A stretch of 59,344 nt of DNA. It comes from an uncultured Clostridia bacterium (GTDB lineage Bacteria > Bacillota > Clostridia > TANB77 > CAG-508). The stretch covers positions 1-59,344 of the forward strand of contig CALXPS010000006.1 in NCBI GenBank assembly GCA_944390405.1. The letters are read 5' to 3'. The translations under genes were made by a program, and so were the position numbers. Positions 29,562 through 40,583 of the stretch are shown here, piece after piece. Every line of letters begins with the position of its first letter. Within the stretch, counting starts at the first letter, position 1. The notes beneath the pieces were generated by a model. The model searched no databases. It was given only the letters and a program-made list of their open reading frames with translations, and was not told the origin of the DNA.

Positions 29562-30444
29562 CTACCTTTTCTATGAAGATTTCGTTTAGAGTAGGTTTCT
29601 TAAATTCAAATTTAATTACTCTAATATTTGTTTCTGCTAATTTTTTAAATAGTTCTTCACCTTGTTTTTCTTTCTTTATTTTTACTAGGTAATGATTATC
29701 TGTATTCTCTATAATTTCTAATCCAGCTTGTTTTATAATATTATCTATGTTTTCCACTGTAATAATTTCTATTTTTTCTGATGGATAACCATTTTTTATT
29801 TTTGCTAAATTTCCTTGTAGAACTGTTGTACCTCTATTTAATATTGTTAAATCTGTACAAAATTCTTCTACTGAAGCCATTTGGTGGCTAGACATTATAA
29901 TATATTTATTTTCTTTTATAAGTTCTTTCATTACTTTTTTTAGTGTTTCTGTATTTACTGGATCCAAGCCACTAAAAGGTTCATCTAAAACTATTAATTC
30001 TGGGTCATTCATTACTGATATTATAAATTGTATTTTTTGCTGATTTCCTTTTGATAGTTTTTCTGCTAACATATCTCTATATTCTTCCATGTCTAGTCTT
30101 TTAAGCCAATAATCAATTGCTTCATTTGCCTCTTTTTGTTTCATACCTTTTAGTCTTGCAAAATACATCAATTGGTCATATATTTTTGTTTTTGGATATA
30201 CTCCTCTTTCTTCTGGCATATATCCAAAATTAACATTTTCTCTTTTTACTTCTTTTCCATTCCAACTTATGGTGCCAGATGTTTTCTTTATTATACCTAA
30301 AATCATCCTTATTGTGGTAGTTTTACCTGCACCATTTGTTCCAAGTAGCCCATATACTCCTGGTTTATCTATGGTAATATTTAAATGCTTTACTGCTTCT
30401 TTGGTTCCAAAGTTTTTGCATACATCTTTAAGCTCTAATCCCAT
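29554..30444 (-). CDS. ABC transporter ATP-binding protein (YhaQ/NatA-like)
   Basis: GTNGAGKT, LSKGNQQK and LDEPFSGLD motifs. Confidence 0.92.
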   Translation of the reverse strand: MGLELKDVCKNFGTKEAVKHLNITIDKPGVYGLLGTNGAGKTTTIRMILGIIKKTSGTISWNGKEVKRENVNFGYMPEERGVYPKTKIYDQLMYFARLKGMKQKEANEAIDYWLKRLDMEEYRDMLAEKLSKGNQQKIQFIISVMNDPELIVLDEPFSGLDPVNTETLKKVMKELIKENKYIIMSSHQMASVEEFCTDLTILNRGTTVLQGNLAKIKNGYPSEKIEIITVENIDNIIKQAGLEIIENTDNHYLVKIKKEKQGEELFKKLAETNIRVIKFEFKKPTLNEIFIEKVGA

Positions 30445-30593
30445 AATATTCCCCTCTTTCTTCTATTTTTCTGGAAATAATTATATACTAAACTTCTAAT
30501 GTTTGCAATAGTTTTTTAGTGTATTTTTTGGATATTGGTAAATACTATGTATAGCATTAAATATGCTTATCTTATCATATATGGGGGTTTTTT

Positions 30594-31022
30594 ATGGGAA
30601 ATGAAATTGAAATTTTAAAAGAGATTAATCAAAATTCAAAAATGGGTATGGATTCTCTTAGCACCGTTTTGAAAAAAGTTGAAGATAGTGATTTTAAAGA
30701 ATTACTAAATACTCAGCATGATGAATATCAAAATATTTATGATAGAACTCAAGAATTACTTATAAAACATAATGCTTCAATGGAAGACACTCCACCTATG
30801 CAAAAAGCCATGTCTTGGATGGGTATTCAATTAAATACTTTAACTGATTCTAGTAATTCTAAACTATCTGAACTTTTAATTCAAGGTAATGATATGGGTG
30901 TTGTTAAAGGCACTAAATTACTAAATAATTATTCTTTTATGAATAATGAAATTAAAAATATTTTGTCTGATTTTGTCAGATTGCAAGAGAAAAATATTGA
31001 TGATTTGAAAGAATATTTATAA
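30594..31022 (+). CDS. Ferritin-like four-helix hypothetical protein, possibly spore-associated
   Basis: 142 aa helical protein with MGMDSL and IQGNDMG motifs; family assignment is inference. Confidence 0.6.
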   Translation: MGNEIEILKEINQNSKMGMDSLSTVLKKVEDSDFKELLNTQHDEYQNIYDRTQELLIKHNASMEDTPPMQKAMSWMGIQLNTLTDSSNSKLSELLIQGNDMGVVKGTKLLNNYSFMNNEIKNILSDFVRLQEKNIDDLKEYL

Positions 31023-31068
31023 TATTTGTTACCATTCATATTCAAATAGAAGAAACCTACCAATATTT

Positions 31069-31168
31069 GTAGGGGCGAGCATTGCTCGTCCTTGTTTCGT
31101 ATAATTACCTAGATATTAATGTTAATATATAATCTAAAAAACGGACGAGCAATGCTCGCCCCCCCTAC
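31069..31168. repeat. Inverted pair of GTAG-type REP-like palindromes
   Basis: GTAGGGGCGAGCATTGCTCGTCC at 31069-31091 and an inverted copy at 31143-31168 between convergent genes. Confidence 0.8.
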
Positions 31169-31192
31169 AAAGTTATACAAAATAAACTTCTC

Positions 31193-34100
31193 TTACATTT
31201 CTATTTCTACTTCATATATTCCACCTTCGCCATTTAATATTATTTCTTTTTCTTCTACTTCTCTTCCATTTAAATAGAATTTTTCTACTCCTGTATTTTT
31301 ACTGTTATTGTTTTTTACTTTTATATTATATATACTATTTTTAAATCTATATCTAATGCTATATTCTTTCCAGTCTTTAGGTATACACGGTTCTATTTTT
31401 AAAACATTATTTTTTATTTTTAATCCTAATATATTTTCTATTCCTGCTTTATAAAACCAGCTACTTGAACCTGTATACCAAGTCCATCCACCTCTGCCTG
31501 CTAAACTTTCTGCTCCGTATATATCTGCTGGTATTACATATGGTTCTACTTTATATTTTATTGCTGTTTCTCTTGTTCTGGAATGTTCTATTGGATTTAT
31601 CATTCTATAATATTCAACTGCTTTATCTCCAAATCCTAATTTTGTAAAAGCAATTATTGCCCACATTGCAGCATGTGTGTATTGACCACCATTTTCTCTT
31701 ACTCCTGGTAGATATGCTTTTATATATCCTGGTTCCATTTTTGTTTTATTAAATGGTGGGTCTAGTAATTTTATTATTCCGTTTTCTTTATCTATTAAAT
31801 GATTTTCTAAACTTTCCATTGATATATATTTTTTGTCATTATCTGCAGCTCCTGATATTACACCCCAGCTTTGTGATATACTGTCTATCCTACATTCTTC
31901 GTTTTCTATGCTGCCTATTGGTTCTCCATCATCTGTAAATGCTCTTTTGAACCATCTACCATCCCAACCTGCTGTATTTAATGCTCGTTTTAAATTTTCT
32001 TTTACTTGTTTGTATTTTTCTACTTTATCTAAATCATTCATTTCTTCACATATTGGTATAAATCTGTTTAGTATTTCATATAAGAAAAATCCTAGCCATA
32101 CACTTTCACCTTTTTTCTTGTTTCCTACTGTGTTTAATCCATCATTCCAGTCTCCTGAGCCTATTTTAGGAAGTCCATTTTCTCCAAAATTTAATGATTT
32201 TTCTATTGCTTTTATACAATGTTCATATATGCTACCTTTAATATCTGATTCTAAATATAAATCATATCTTTCATCTACTCCTTCTTCTAATGGTGCTCCT
32301 TGTAAATATGGTGTTTCTATTTTTAGAAATTCTTTATCTCCTGTATATTCTATATATTCACTCACTACATAACATAGCCATAATAAATCATCTGAGAATC
32401 TTGTTCTTATTCCTCGCTTTGTTTCCTCATGCCACCAGTGTTCTACATCTCCTTCTAAAAATTGATGTCTGCTTTGAGTTAGTATTTGATTTTTCATTAG
32501 TTCTGAGTTGATATATTTTACTCCCAATGTGTCTTGAAGCTGGTCCCTAAATCCTATTGCACCACCTGATTGATAATAACCTGTTCTTGCCCATAATCTT
32601 GAGACTATTGTTTGATAAATTGCCCAACCATTTAGCATTATATTTATAGATTCTAAAGGCGTTTTTACTTGTATTCTTGTTAATAACTCATACCAGAATC
32701 TTTTTACTTGGTTTAGTTCTTCACGCGCATTTGATATTTTAGAATATTTATATGCCATATCTTTTGCATTTAGTAGATTTTCCTCTTCTCCCAAGAATAA
32801 TACTATTTCTCTGTTCTCATATGCTTCTAGTTCTATTTCTAATTCTATTGCAATACAAGAATTTTCGCCTAACCCACTTTGAGAGCTCAAACTTACTGCA
32901 TTTATTGCCTTCGGATTGTCTATTTTTCCATTTCCTATAAATTCATCTTTACTACCTGTGTATGATTTTATTTTTTCATTACTTCCACAATATACTATTT
33001 CTCCTTTGAAATTGTCTGTATATAGATTTTGTGCTGTTACTACATTATTTTGCATATTTACATTTATATAACCATTTGTTTGTATTTCGTCTTCCCCTAG
33101 TACTGGTTTTATATAATATAATATTTTTAAGTTTTTCTTTTCGCTAGATGTGTTTTTCATTTTTAGAATGTTTATTTTTACTTTATTTTCCTTTGCTACA
33201 AATGTTTCTAATTCTTGTATTATTTGATTTTTTATGGTTTTTAAATTCACATATCCAAATCCATATTTTATATAGTATTCTTGTTCTAATGGTGTTATGT
33301 TTTCACATAGACTCCAATATTCTCCTGTTTCCTTATCTTTAATATATATTATTTCCGAAGGTATATCTATATTTGCACTATTGTTCCAAGCAGATATTCT
33401 GTTTAATCTGCTGTTTTTGCTCCAAGTAAATCCTCCTAGATTTTGTGTTATAACTGTTCCAAAATTTGGATTTGCTAAAATGTTGCTCCATGCTGTTGGT
33501 AGTTTATTTCCTTTACTTACTTTCATTTTATACTCTAATCCATTTTCTGTAAATCCTCCATAGTCGTTATAATATTTTAAGTTTGAATAATCTTCTGGTA
33601 GACTCTCTATTTCTCCATTTGAAATATATATTCTTCTCTCTTCTTCCCCTATATTTTTTATTTTCTCTCCATATTCTTCTTCTAAGTCATTTAATTGTGT
33701 TTCTATATTTCCAAGTGATGCATTTAGAATTAGATTGCTTCTAAAATGTAGCAAATCTTTGTCTTCTCTTGTTATTTCTTTTTCATTTATTACAAATATT
33801 CCACCAAATACATTCTTTAAAAATGCTAATTGCCTATTTTGTATTTCATTTTCTATTTCAAATTTTATAAAATGTTCATAACTATTTTTTTCTTCATTTA
33901 ATATTACTAAATCTATTTTAATATTTTTACTTCTGAAAAATTCCATTGCTTTTAAGCAGTCTCTTATTATATGCATGTCATTTACATCTTTTATTTTTAT
34001 TAGTAATATTGGTAAATCTCCTGATATTCCAAATTTCCAAAGTTCACTTTGTGAATATATTCTATGTGGTAATTTTGTTAAAATATCTTTTCTCATAGGA

Positions 34101-37100
34101 TTTTGGAATATTAAATAAGATAACATTTTTTGATATTTTTCTATATCTGTTCCTTTTAAGCATAAATAAATTGTTTCCGCTTCTGTTTTTGCTTTTGATA
34201 GTTCAAATACTTTTGTAATTGTATTTGAGTTTGAATAATTCTGCAATACTTTTCTTGCTATATCTTCTTCATAAGCTACTGTTATAATTAAATCAAGTGT
34301 TACAGTTTCATTTGGCAATATTTTTACAGTTCTTTTTATAGCAACACATGGGTCTGTAACTAGCCCTAGATTTTTTGAAAAAGGTTTTGAATTTTTTATT
34401 GCTTCTGGTGTTTTAAAATTACCTTTTCCCATAAATTTTTCTTTATCTATTTCATATTCTACATCTCCTATTGTTTCACTTTCTGTATATAATGTTACTC
34501 CTGCATATATATCTTTTTGTTTTTCTCCTCGTTTCTTTCTTTTTATTAAAATATTGCCATTACCTATTTCCTTAAATATTAAGAATAAATTGTTAAAAGC
34601 TGTATGTGCATAATCTTGAGGAGCAGTTGACAATACAGGTTCAAAATAGCTTGTTACTTCTAATGTTTCTATATTGTTGCCATTATTAGTAAGCTCTAGC
34701 CTTCTTACTTCTACTGCCTCTTCTGGTGCTACTGTTATTTTTGTCTTAACTTCTATACTTCCTTCTGTTTTTACATATTTAATTTTATCTGGTGCAAATA
34801 TTACTTTACTTTTCTGTCCTGGTGTGTTCGAATATATCTGTTTTGTATTTAGATTTTTTATATAAAAGAATATGCCCTGATCATAATCTGCTGTTTCTTT
34901 ATATCTGTTTATTAATAAGTTATTGAATTTGCTATATCCAGTTCCTTTTAAATTAGTTATAACTGTATATTTCCCATTTGAAATTGCATTTGCTGTATTT
35001 AAGTTTGAATTTATTTTTGTGTATACTTTCTCTGTATAATTTTCGTAATCTTTTAATTTTAGTTTCTGCACTTTTTCTTTCTTTTCTTTTGTTATTATTG
35101 CTTTTTCTGGCATACGTTCTTGTAATAAGATATCTATTGCTTCTATTTCTGGGTTACTACTAAATCTTTTTACTAATATTCTATCATTTATTAGATTATT
35201 TATTGAAAGCAATATTAGTCCTTGGTGATGTGCCATATATGTTTTTACTGTTTCATACATTTCTCCATATTTTAACCTTGCAAGTGTATAATCTATAGAT
35301 TCGTAAAATCCATATTCAGCATACATTCCTTGTCGTTCTAATCTTCGTAAATTTTCTATTGCTCCTTTTGCATCATACATCAGGCTTAAGAATATAGCAT
35401 ATGATGATACAACCATATCTTCTTCTAAACCTCTTTTTAGTCCCAGCCAAGGTATACCAAATGCTTTATATTGATAGTTATTATTTAAATCTCTTAAATT
35501 GAATGCTGCTTCTGAAATTCCCCAAGGTATTCCTAATTCTTTGGCATATTTTTTCTGACTCATTAGCATAAATCTACAAGATTCATCTAATAGGCTTCCT
35601 TTATATGTTTTTATATTTACGTTTGGCATTAGATATTCAAATGCAGTTCCTGACCATGATATAAGTCCTTTATATCTATTTAGTGTTGTTAACGTTCTGC
35701 TTAAGCTATTCCAATGCTTTACTGGTACTTGTCTTTTAGCTATTGCTATTAAACTCACTTGCCTTGCTTCTGAAGCTAGTAGGTCATAATACGAATCTGT
35801 TAGTTTATTTTCTTCTACGTTAAAACCAATTGAGAAAATCCTTTTTTTATCATCATATAATACTGCAAAATCTGTATTATTGATTATATCGTCTATGGTT
35901 TGCACAATACTTGCTTTTTTGTTATTTTCTGCTTGTAATATGAATTGTTTTAAAGTATATAAATAACCTATAAAGTTACCACTATCTACTGTTGATATAT
36001 ATCTAGGAACCAATGGCTCTAGAGTTTTAGTATTATACCAGTTATATAAATGCCCATTCCATTTTGAAAGTTTTTGTACCGTTTCAAGCATTTTCTCTAT
36101 TAATTCTATTGCATTGTCTAATGATGTAAATCCTAAATCGTAACTTGAGCATACCGCTAAAAGCCCTAATCCAATATTAGTTGGCGATGTTCTATGTGCA
36201 ATTTTTTCCTTTCTATCTTCTTGATAATTATCTGGTGGTAAAAAATTGTTTTCTAGGTTAATATTTTCTTCAAAAAATTTCCACGTTCTTTTTGCTATTT
36301 CCATACAATAGTCTATATCTTGTTTGTTTAAACTGTTTATTGCCTTTTCTTCTTTTTCTTCTTGACTTACGTACCATGCAATAGTTGGTGCTATAATAAA
36401 TAAAATTCCAAATATAAAAAATGGGATTTTAAAGTATATAGTTCCTAATATAATTAGTAGTAATCCTACAATCCAGTTTGTTGATAAGTTTTTATAGTAG
36501 GATATTAAACTATTTTTGCTCTGTCTTTCTGCTTCTTCAGATGTCATCCATTCTAAAAGATTTTGTTTTGATATATTCATTCTATAAATAGTTTTCACAA
36601 TCGCATTTAACATTGTATATGCTTTGCTCGGCAATAAGGTTATCTCTAGAAATCCTCGTATAATACTTGCTTTTATTCCGCTTATTGATTTTAGAATGTT
36701 TTTATGAGCTGATATAAATTCTGCATTTATATTTTTCTTAAATATAATATAATTTATTATATCTAATATAGTAGGAGAAACAAGTGATATTATAGCAATT
36801 AGAAAAATTGCCGTATTGGGGATGTTTAGTATTTCTAATATTGCGCTTATTACTAGCATAATTGCTACTGCTACAGTTATTAAACTTCTTCTTAAATTAT
36901 CTAATATTTTAAATCTTGATAAAATATTTAATGGATTTATTTTTTTGCTATTGTCTTTTGTTTTTATAACATTTTTTGTCCATCTAAAAATTTGCCAATC
37001 TCCTCTTGTCCATCTATGTTGCCTATTTATATAACTACTATATTTAAATGGGAAACCATCTAATAGTAAAATATCTGTTGCTAAACCACACCTTAAATAA

Positions 37101-39259
37101 CTTCCTTCTAGTAAATCGTGGCTTAATACTGTATTTTCTGGTATTTCATCACATAATATTTTATTAAATAATTCTAAATCATATATACCTTTCCCTGTAA
37201 ATATTCCTTCTCCAAAATTATCTTGATATACATCTGAAATTGCATTTGTATATGAATCTGTTCCTCCTGCTCCTGCATATATACGAGTAAATAAACTTTT
37301 TCTACTTGATATTAAATCTACACCTACTCTTGGCTGTATAAGTGCATGTCCATCTATTACAATATTTTTTCCTTTATCCACTATTGGCTTGTTCAAAATA
37401 TGTGCCATTGCTCCTATAAGTTCTTTTGCTGTACCTAATACTAAGTTTGTGTCTGCATCTAATGTTATTACATATTTTATATTTAATTTAGATTTTATTG
37501 TATTTGTTCTGAATTTATTGTTTCCAGTTAATAAAAACTCATTAAACTGACATAACATTCCTCTTTTTCTTTCCCAACCTAAATAGCATTTTTCTCCTCT
37601 GTTCCAAACCCTGTTTCTATATAGAAAATAAAATTTTTCTTTCTCATCTTTTTGTACATATTTTTCATTTAATCTTTGTGCTTCATGTATTCCTGTTTCT
37701 ATAACTTCTTCATCAAATGGCTCTATCTCATTTTTGGATGATGTACAATCTCCAAGGAGAGTAAAGTATAAGTTATCTTCTTTATTCGCCAAATAATATA
37801 CTTCTATTTTTTTAAATAATTCTTTAACTTTTTCCTTACTATTTACAATTGTTGGAATAACTACCATCGTGCTATATTCTTCTGGTATTCCCTCTAAAAA
37901 TGCCAGTTTTGGTATAAGTGTTGGTTTTACAAATTTTCCTAAACAATAGTTTAAAATTTGAATATATATTTCTGAAATTGGTATAACTGCAACTATTGCT
38001 GTTATTATTGCTATTGGAAAATTGATTTTATTATATAAATATATCCCTAATAGAACACTAAAAATTAATGTAACAACATATATTGAAGATATATATCTTA
38101 TTGCTTTTTTGTTTTTTCTTTTTTGTTTTATTCCAAGTTCATTATTTAGTAAGTTTTCTCCTCTATCTATTAAATAATAACCTATATGCTTCTTTTTTTC
38201 TTGTTTTGCTTTTTGAGCTAGTTCTAATGTTTTCTTTGTAATGTATATTTCAGACATTTTCGTTTTCTGTGATAATTTTTTTATTTTATTCCTATAATAT
38301 TCTTTTGTTTTATAATCCATTTTATCATATACATCTGCTGGATCCTGTCTTAAAAGTTCTTCTACTCCATTTATTTTTTCAAATAAACTTAAAAAGTTTA
38401 TTCTTGCTATTTTTCTTATACTTGTTATACTATTTCCTATTAATACTTTTTGAATTGCTATATCAAAATGTTCTTTTCTTATAACTTCTGAAACTGTAAT
38501 ACCTAGTTTGTTTACTTGTTCTTCAAGTATATTTAAATATGCATTTCCCATTTTTCCATATTTTTTTAATTTGTATGACATATATTCTATAAAAGGATAA
38601 CTTGAGTTTTGGTATATTTTCATATTTTCTTTTAATTTTTTATATTGTTGTTTATTTGGTTCTTTTTTCTCTATTAATCTTTCTACTATTTCTTCTACCT
38701 TGTACTTTTGGATTTGGCTTATATATATTTTCTCACATACTGTTCTTATGTTTTCTACAATTGCTATATTTAGAAATGTTGGTAAACTCCATATTTCTTC
38801 CATACTTAATGTTTTTTTTCGTTCATATGCCATCAAACTAAATTCTAACGTTTCTTCATCTATCTTATTATCTGTATAAGAAATAATTTCTGTAGCTAAT
38901 ACATATACTCGTGCAAATCCTTTATATAAACCATTTGCTATGCCTGGGAAATTTTTATATTTTTTCTCAGTTAATTGGCTATTAATGTTTTTTACAGTTT
39001 CTTCTATAATATAAAAGTTATCTAAAAGCCATTCTCCTGCTGGATAAATGCTTATTTCTTTTTTTATATGCTCATTTAATATAGTATGTGTTTTTTGTAT
39101 GAATTTAAAATTGTCATTTAATCTATTAATTGGGTATGTTTCTAGGCTACTATCTCTAGTAATTTCATAGTTTACTGCAATTTTTTCCATATAGTTTTCA
39201 AGTTGTTCTTTATCTAGAGTAACCCCTTTTATATTTAAATACCTGTTTTTATTTTTCAA
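31193..39259 (-). CDS. Cyclic beta-1,2-glucan synthase-like protein (Cgs/NdvB: GT84 + glucanase-like + GH94 domains)
   Basis: EWLLDNFY, GWERKRG, SHDLLEG, HRWTRGDWQ, YDLLASEAR, GFRDQLQD, GDWNDG and RENGGQYTH motifs; probable TTG start at 39259. Confidence 0.92.
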   Translation of the reverse strand: MKNKNRYLNIKGVTLDKEQLENYMEKIAVNYEITRDSSLETYPINRLNDNFKFIQKTHTILNEHIKKEISIYPAGEWLLDNFYIIEETVKNINSQLTEKKYKNFPGIANGLYKGFARVYVLATEIISYTDNKIDEETLEFSLMAYERKKTLSMEEIWSLPTFLNIAIVENIRTVCEKIYISQIQKYKVEEIVERLIEKKEPNKQQYKKLKENMKIYQNSSYPFIEYMSYKLKKYGKMGNAYLNILEEQVNKLGITVSEVIRKEHFDIAIQKVLIGNSITSIRKIARINFLSLFEKINGVEELLRQDPADVYDKMDYKTKEYYRNKIKKLSQKTKMSEIYITKKTLELAQKAKQEKKKHIGYYLIDRGENLLNNELGIKQKRKNKKAIRYISSIYVVTLIFSVLLGIYLYNKINFPIAIITAIVAVIPISEIYIQILNYCLGKFVKPTLIPKLAFLEGIPEEYSTMVVIPTIVNSKEKVKELFKKIEVYYLANKEDNLYFTLLGDCTSSKNEIEPFDEEVIETGIHEAQRLNEKYVQKDEKEKFYFLYRNRVWNRGEKCYLGWERKRGMLCQFNEFLLTGNNKFRTNTIKSKLNIKYVITLDADTNLVLGTAKELIGAMAHILNKPIVDKGKNIVIDGHALIQPRVGVDLISSRKSLFTRIYAGAGGTDSYTNAISDVYQDNFGEGIFTGKGIYDLELFNKILCDEIPENTVLSHDLLEGSYLRCGLATDILLLDGFPFKYSSYINRQHRWTRGDWQIFRWTKNVIKTKDNSKKINPLNILSRFKILDNLRRSLITVAVAIMLVISAILEILNIPNTAIFLIAIISLVSPTILDIINYIIFKKNINAEFISAHKNILKSISGIKASIIRGFLEITLLPSKAYTMLNAIVKTIYRMNISKQNLLEWMTSEEAERQSKNSLISYYKNLSTNWIVGLLLIILGTIYFKIPFFIFGILFIIAPTIAWYVSQEEKEEKAINSLNKQDIDYCMEIAKRTWKFFEENINLENNFLPPDNYQEDRKEKIAHRTSPTNIGLGLLAVCSSYDLGFTSLDNAIELIEKMLETVQKLSKWNGHLYNWYNTKTLEPLVPRYISTVDSGNFIGYLYTLKQFILQAENNKKASIVQTIDDIINNTDFAVLYDDKKRIFSIGFNVEENKLTDSYYDLLASEARQVSLIAIAKRQVPVKHWNSLSRTLTTLNRYKGLISWSGTAFEYLMPNVNIKTYKGSLLDESCRFMLMSQKKYAKELGIPWGISEAAFNLRDLNNNYQYKAFGIPWLGLKRGLEEDMVVSSYAIFLSLMYDAKGAIENLRRLERQGMYAEYGFYESIDYTLARLKYGEMYETVKTYMAHHQGLILLSINNLINDRILVKRFSSNPEIEAIDILLQERMPEKAIITKEKKEKVQKLKLKDYENYTEKVYTKINSNLNTANAISNGKYTVITNLKGTGYSKFNNLLINRYKETADYDQGIFFYIKNLNTKQIYSNTPGQKSKVIFAPDKIKYVKTEGSIEVKTKITVAPEEAVEVRRLELTNNGNNIETLEVTSYFEPVLSTAPQDYAHTAFNNLFLIFKEIGNGNILIKRKKRGEKQKDIYAGVTLYTESETIGDVEYEIDKEKFMGKGNFKTPEAIKNSKPFSKNLGLVTDPCVAIKRTVKILPNETVTLDLIITVAYEEDIARKVLQNYSNSNTITKVFELSKAKTEAETIYLCLKGTDIEKYQKMLSYLIFQNPMRKDILTKLPHRIYSQSELWKFGISGDLPILLIKIKDVNDMHIIRDCLKAMEFFRSKNIKIDLVILNEEKNSYEHFIKFEIENEIQNRQLAFLKNVFGGIFVINEKEITREDKDLLHFRSNLILNASLGNIETQLNDLEEEYGEKIKNIGEEERRIYISNGEIESLPEDYSNLKYYNDYGGFTENGLEYKMKVSKGNKLPTAWSNILANPNFGTVITQNLGGFTWSKNSRLNRISAWNNSANIDIPSEIIYIKDKETGEYWSLCENITPLEQEYYIKYGFGYVNLKTIKNQIIQELETFVAKENKVKINILKMKNTSSEKKNLKILYYIKPVLGEDEIQTNGYINVNMQNNVVTAQNLYTDNFKGEIVYCGSNEKIKSYTGSKDEFIGNGKIDNPKAINAVSLSSQSGLGENSCIAIELEIELEAYENREIVLFLGEEENLLNAKDMAYKYSKISNAREELNQVKRFWYELLTRIQVKTPLESINIMLNGWAIYQTIVSRLWARTGYYQSGGAIGFRDQLQDTLGVKYINSELMKNQILTQSRHQFLEGDVEHWWHEETKRGIRTRFSDDLLWLCYVVSEYIEYTGDKEFLKIETPYLQGAPLEEGVDERYDLYLESDIKGSIYEHCIKAIEKSLNFGENGLPKIGSGDWNDGLNTVGNKKKGESVWLGFFLYEILNRFIPICEEMNDLDKVEKYKQVKENLKRALNTAGWDGRWFKRAFTDDGEPIGSIENEECRIDSISQSWGVISGAADNDKKYISMESLENHLIDKENGIIKLLDPPFNKTKMEPGYIKAYLPGVRENGGQYTHAAMWAIIAFTKLGFGDKAVEYYRMINPIEHSRTRETAIKYKVEPYVIPADIYGAESLAGRGGWTWYTGSSSWFYKAGIENILGLKIKNNVLKIEPCIPKDWKEYSIRYRFKNSIYNIKVKNNNSKNTGVEKFYLNGREVEEKEIILNGEGGIYEVEIEM

Positions 39260-39414
39260 AATCAAAACCTCTCTATTGGTAAAATTATATAATTTATACA
39301 TATTTTTACCATTGTATAAATATTTATGCATTAAAAATCTATTCGCTCTACAAAAATTGATTTTATTATGTATTTGATGTATAATTAATATATATTACAT
39401 TAGGAGGGTTCAAC

Positions 39415-39708
39415 ATGAGAAAACCTAACAATAAAAACTTCGCTTTCACTCTCATTAGAAACCAACTATGGACTATTGTCCTAATTGCTTTGGGGATTTT
39501 GTTTACCAACCTCTTTTGGTCGAAATGGATTCCCTTTCCCACAAGCACTTCACCCTATGCCGATGCTATACGTATTGTTTGGGGATATTTAGGGGTCTTT
39601 ATCGGTCCAGCGCTTATCCTTTGTGGTATTGTCAACAACTTTTTTCTTAAGGCCCTTTCTAAGGTTCTTATCAAGGCCCTTGCCAGATGCATTTACAAAT
39701 TTCCCTAA
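39415..39708 (+). CDS. Small two-TM membrane protein
   Basis: RBS GGAGGG, two hydrophobic segments, downstream hairpin at 39716-39752. Confidence 0.6.
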   Translation: MRKPNNKNFAFTLIRNQLWTIVLIALGILFTNLFWSKWIPFPTSTSPYADAIRIVWGYLGVFIGPALILCGIVNNFFLKALSKVLIKALARCIYKFP

Positions 39709-39762
39709 GCAAACAGAAAGTGCAGATTTCTCAACTGAGTATCCGCACTTTCCTTTATATTA

Positions 39763-40524
39763 TTATTTTAAATATACGGTTGGATCTACTGTTACATCAT
39801 CTTTTAACATTTCAAAATGCAAATGTGGCTCGTCTGCTATTTCAAATGCTGCTGAATTTCCCACTGTTCCTATGCTTTGTCCTTTAGTTACTGCTTCTCC
39901 TTCTGTTACGAACTCTGTTGTCAGTAAATTTGAATATATTGTTTTGTATCCTTCTCTATGTTCTATAATTACTGTTAATCCATATCTTGGGTCATTTTTT
40001 ATAGATTTTACTGTTCCTTCTTCTGCTGCTTTTACTATTGTTGTTCTTGGGGCTTTTATATCTATTCCTTTATGCACTACCCATTCTTGCAAAGTTTCTG
40101 AGAATACTAGATTTTCCATTGCAAAGCTTTTTAATATTTCACCTTCTACAGGATATACAAATTCTAACGGTTTTACAGGTTCTTCTACTATAACTGGTTC
40201 TGGATTCTCTACTTCTGGTGTAGTATTTTCTTGTTCTATATTACCTTCTGTTTCTTGTGTTTCATTTTCTATTATTTCATTTGTTGTTTCTTCTATTACT
40301 TCATTTATTGATTTACTTATTTCAGAACTTGCTTCCTCTAGAATGTTGTTATTTGGAACTAATTCTGTTATTTTTTCTGTTGCAAGTAAGCTCTGTCTTG
40401 CAGACTCCTTAATTTTATTGTTATATACAATATATACTGTAACACAAGTTATAATTAGAACTAATAACAATCCTCCATATATCAATAAAACTTTCTTTAA
40501 ACCACTATTTACTCTTCTCCTCAT
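39763..40524 (-). CDS. M23 peptidase-domain protein, SpoIIQ-like
   Basis: N-terminal TM, HKGIDI and HLHFE motifs; directly after spoIID. Confidence 0.8.
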   Translation of the reverse strand: MRRRVNSGLKKVLLIYGGLLLVLIITCVTVYIVYNNKIKESARQSLLATEKITELVPNNNILEEASSEISKSINEVIEETTNEIIENETQETEGNIEQENTTPEVENPEPVIVEEPVKPLEFVYPVEGEILKSFAMENLVFSETLQEWVVHKGIDIKAPRTTIVKAAEEGTVKSIKNDPRYGLTVIIEHREGYKTIYSNLLTTEFVTEGEAVTKGQSIGTVGNSAAFEIADEPHLHFEMLKDDVTVDPTVYLK

Positions 40525-40583
40525 TTGGAATTCCTCCTTTTATTTTCTTTAGTTAAATTATGTACCTATTTTTTGTTTTTTAT

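Noticed and set aside
39623-40552. 309-aa plus-strand ORF and many other antisense ORFs rich in F/L/I/S
   Set aside because: They are shadow frames of real minus-strand genes in AT-rich DNA, with no RBS or motifs
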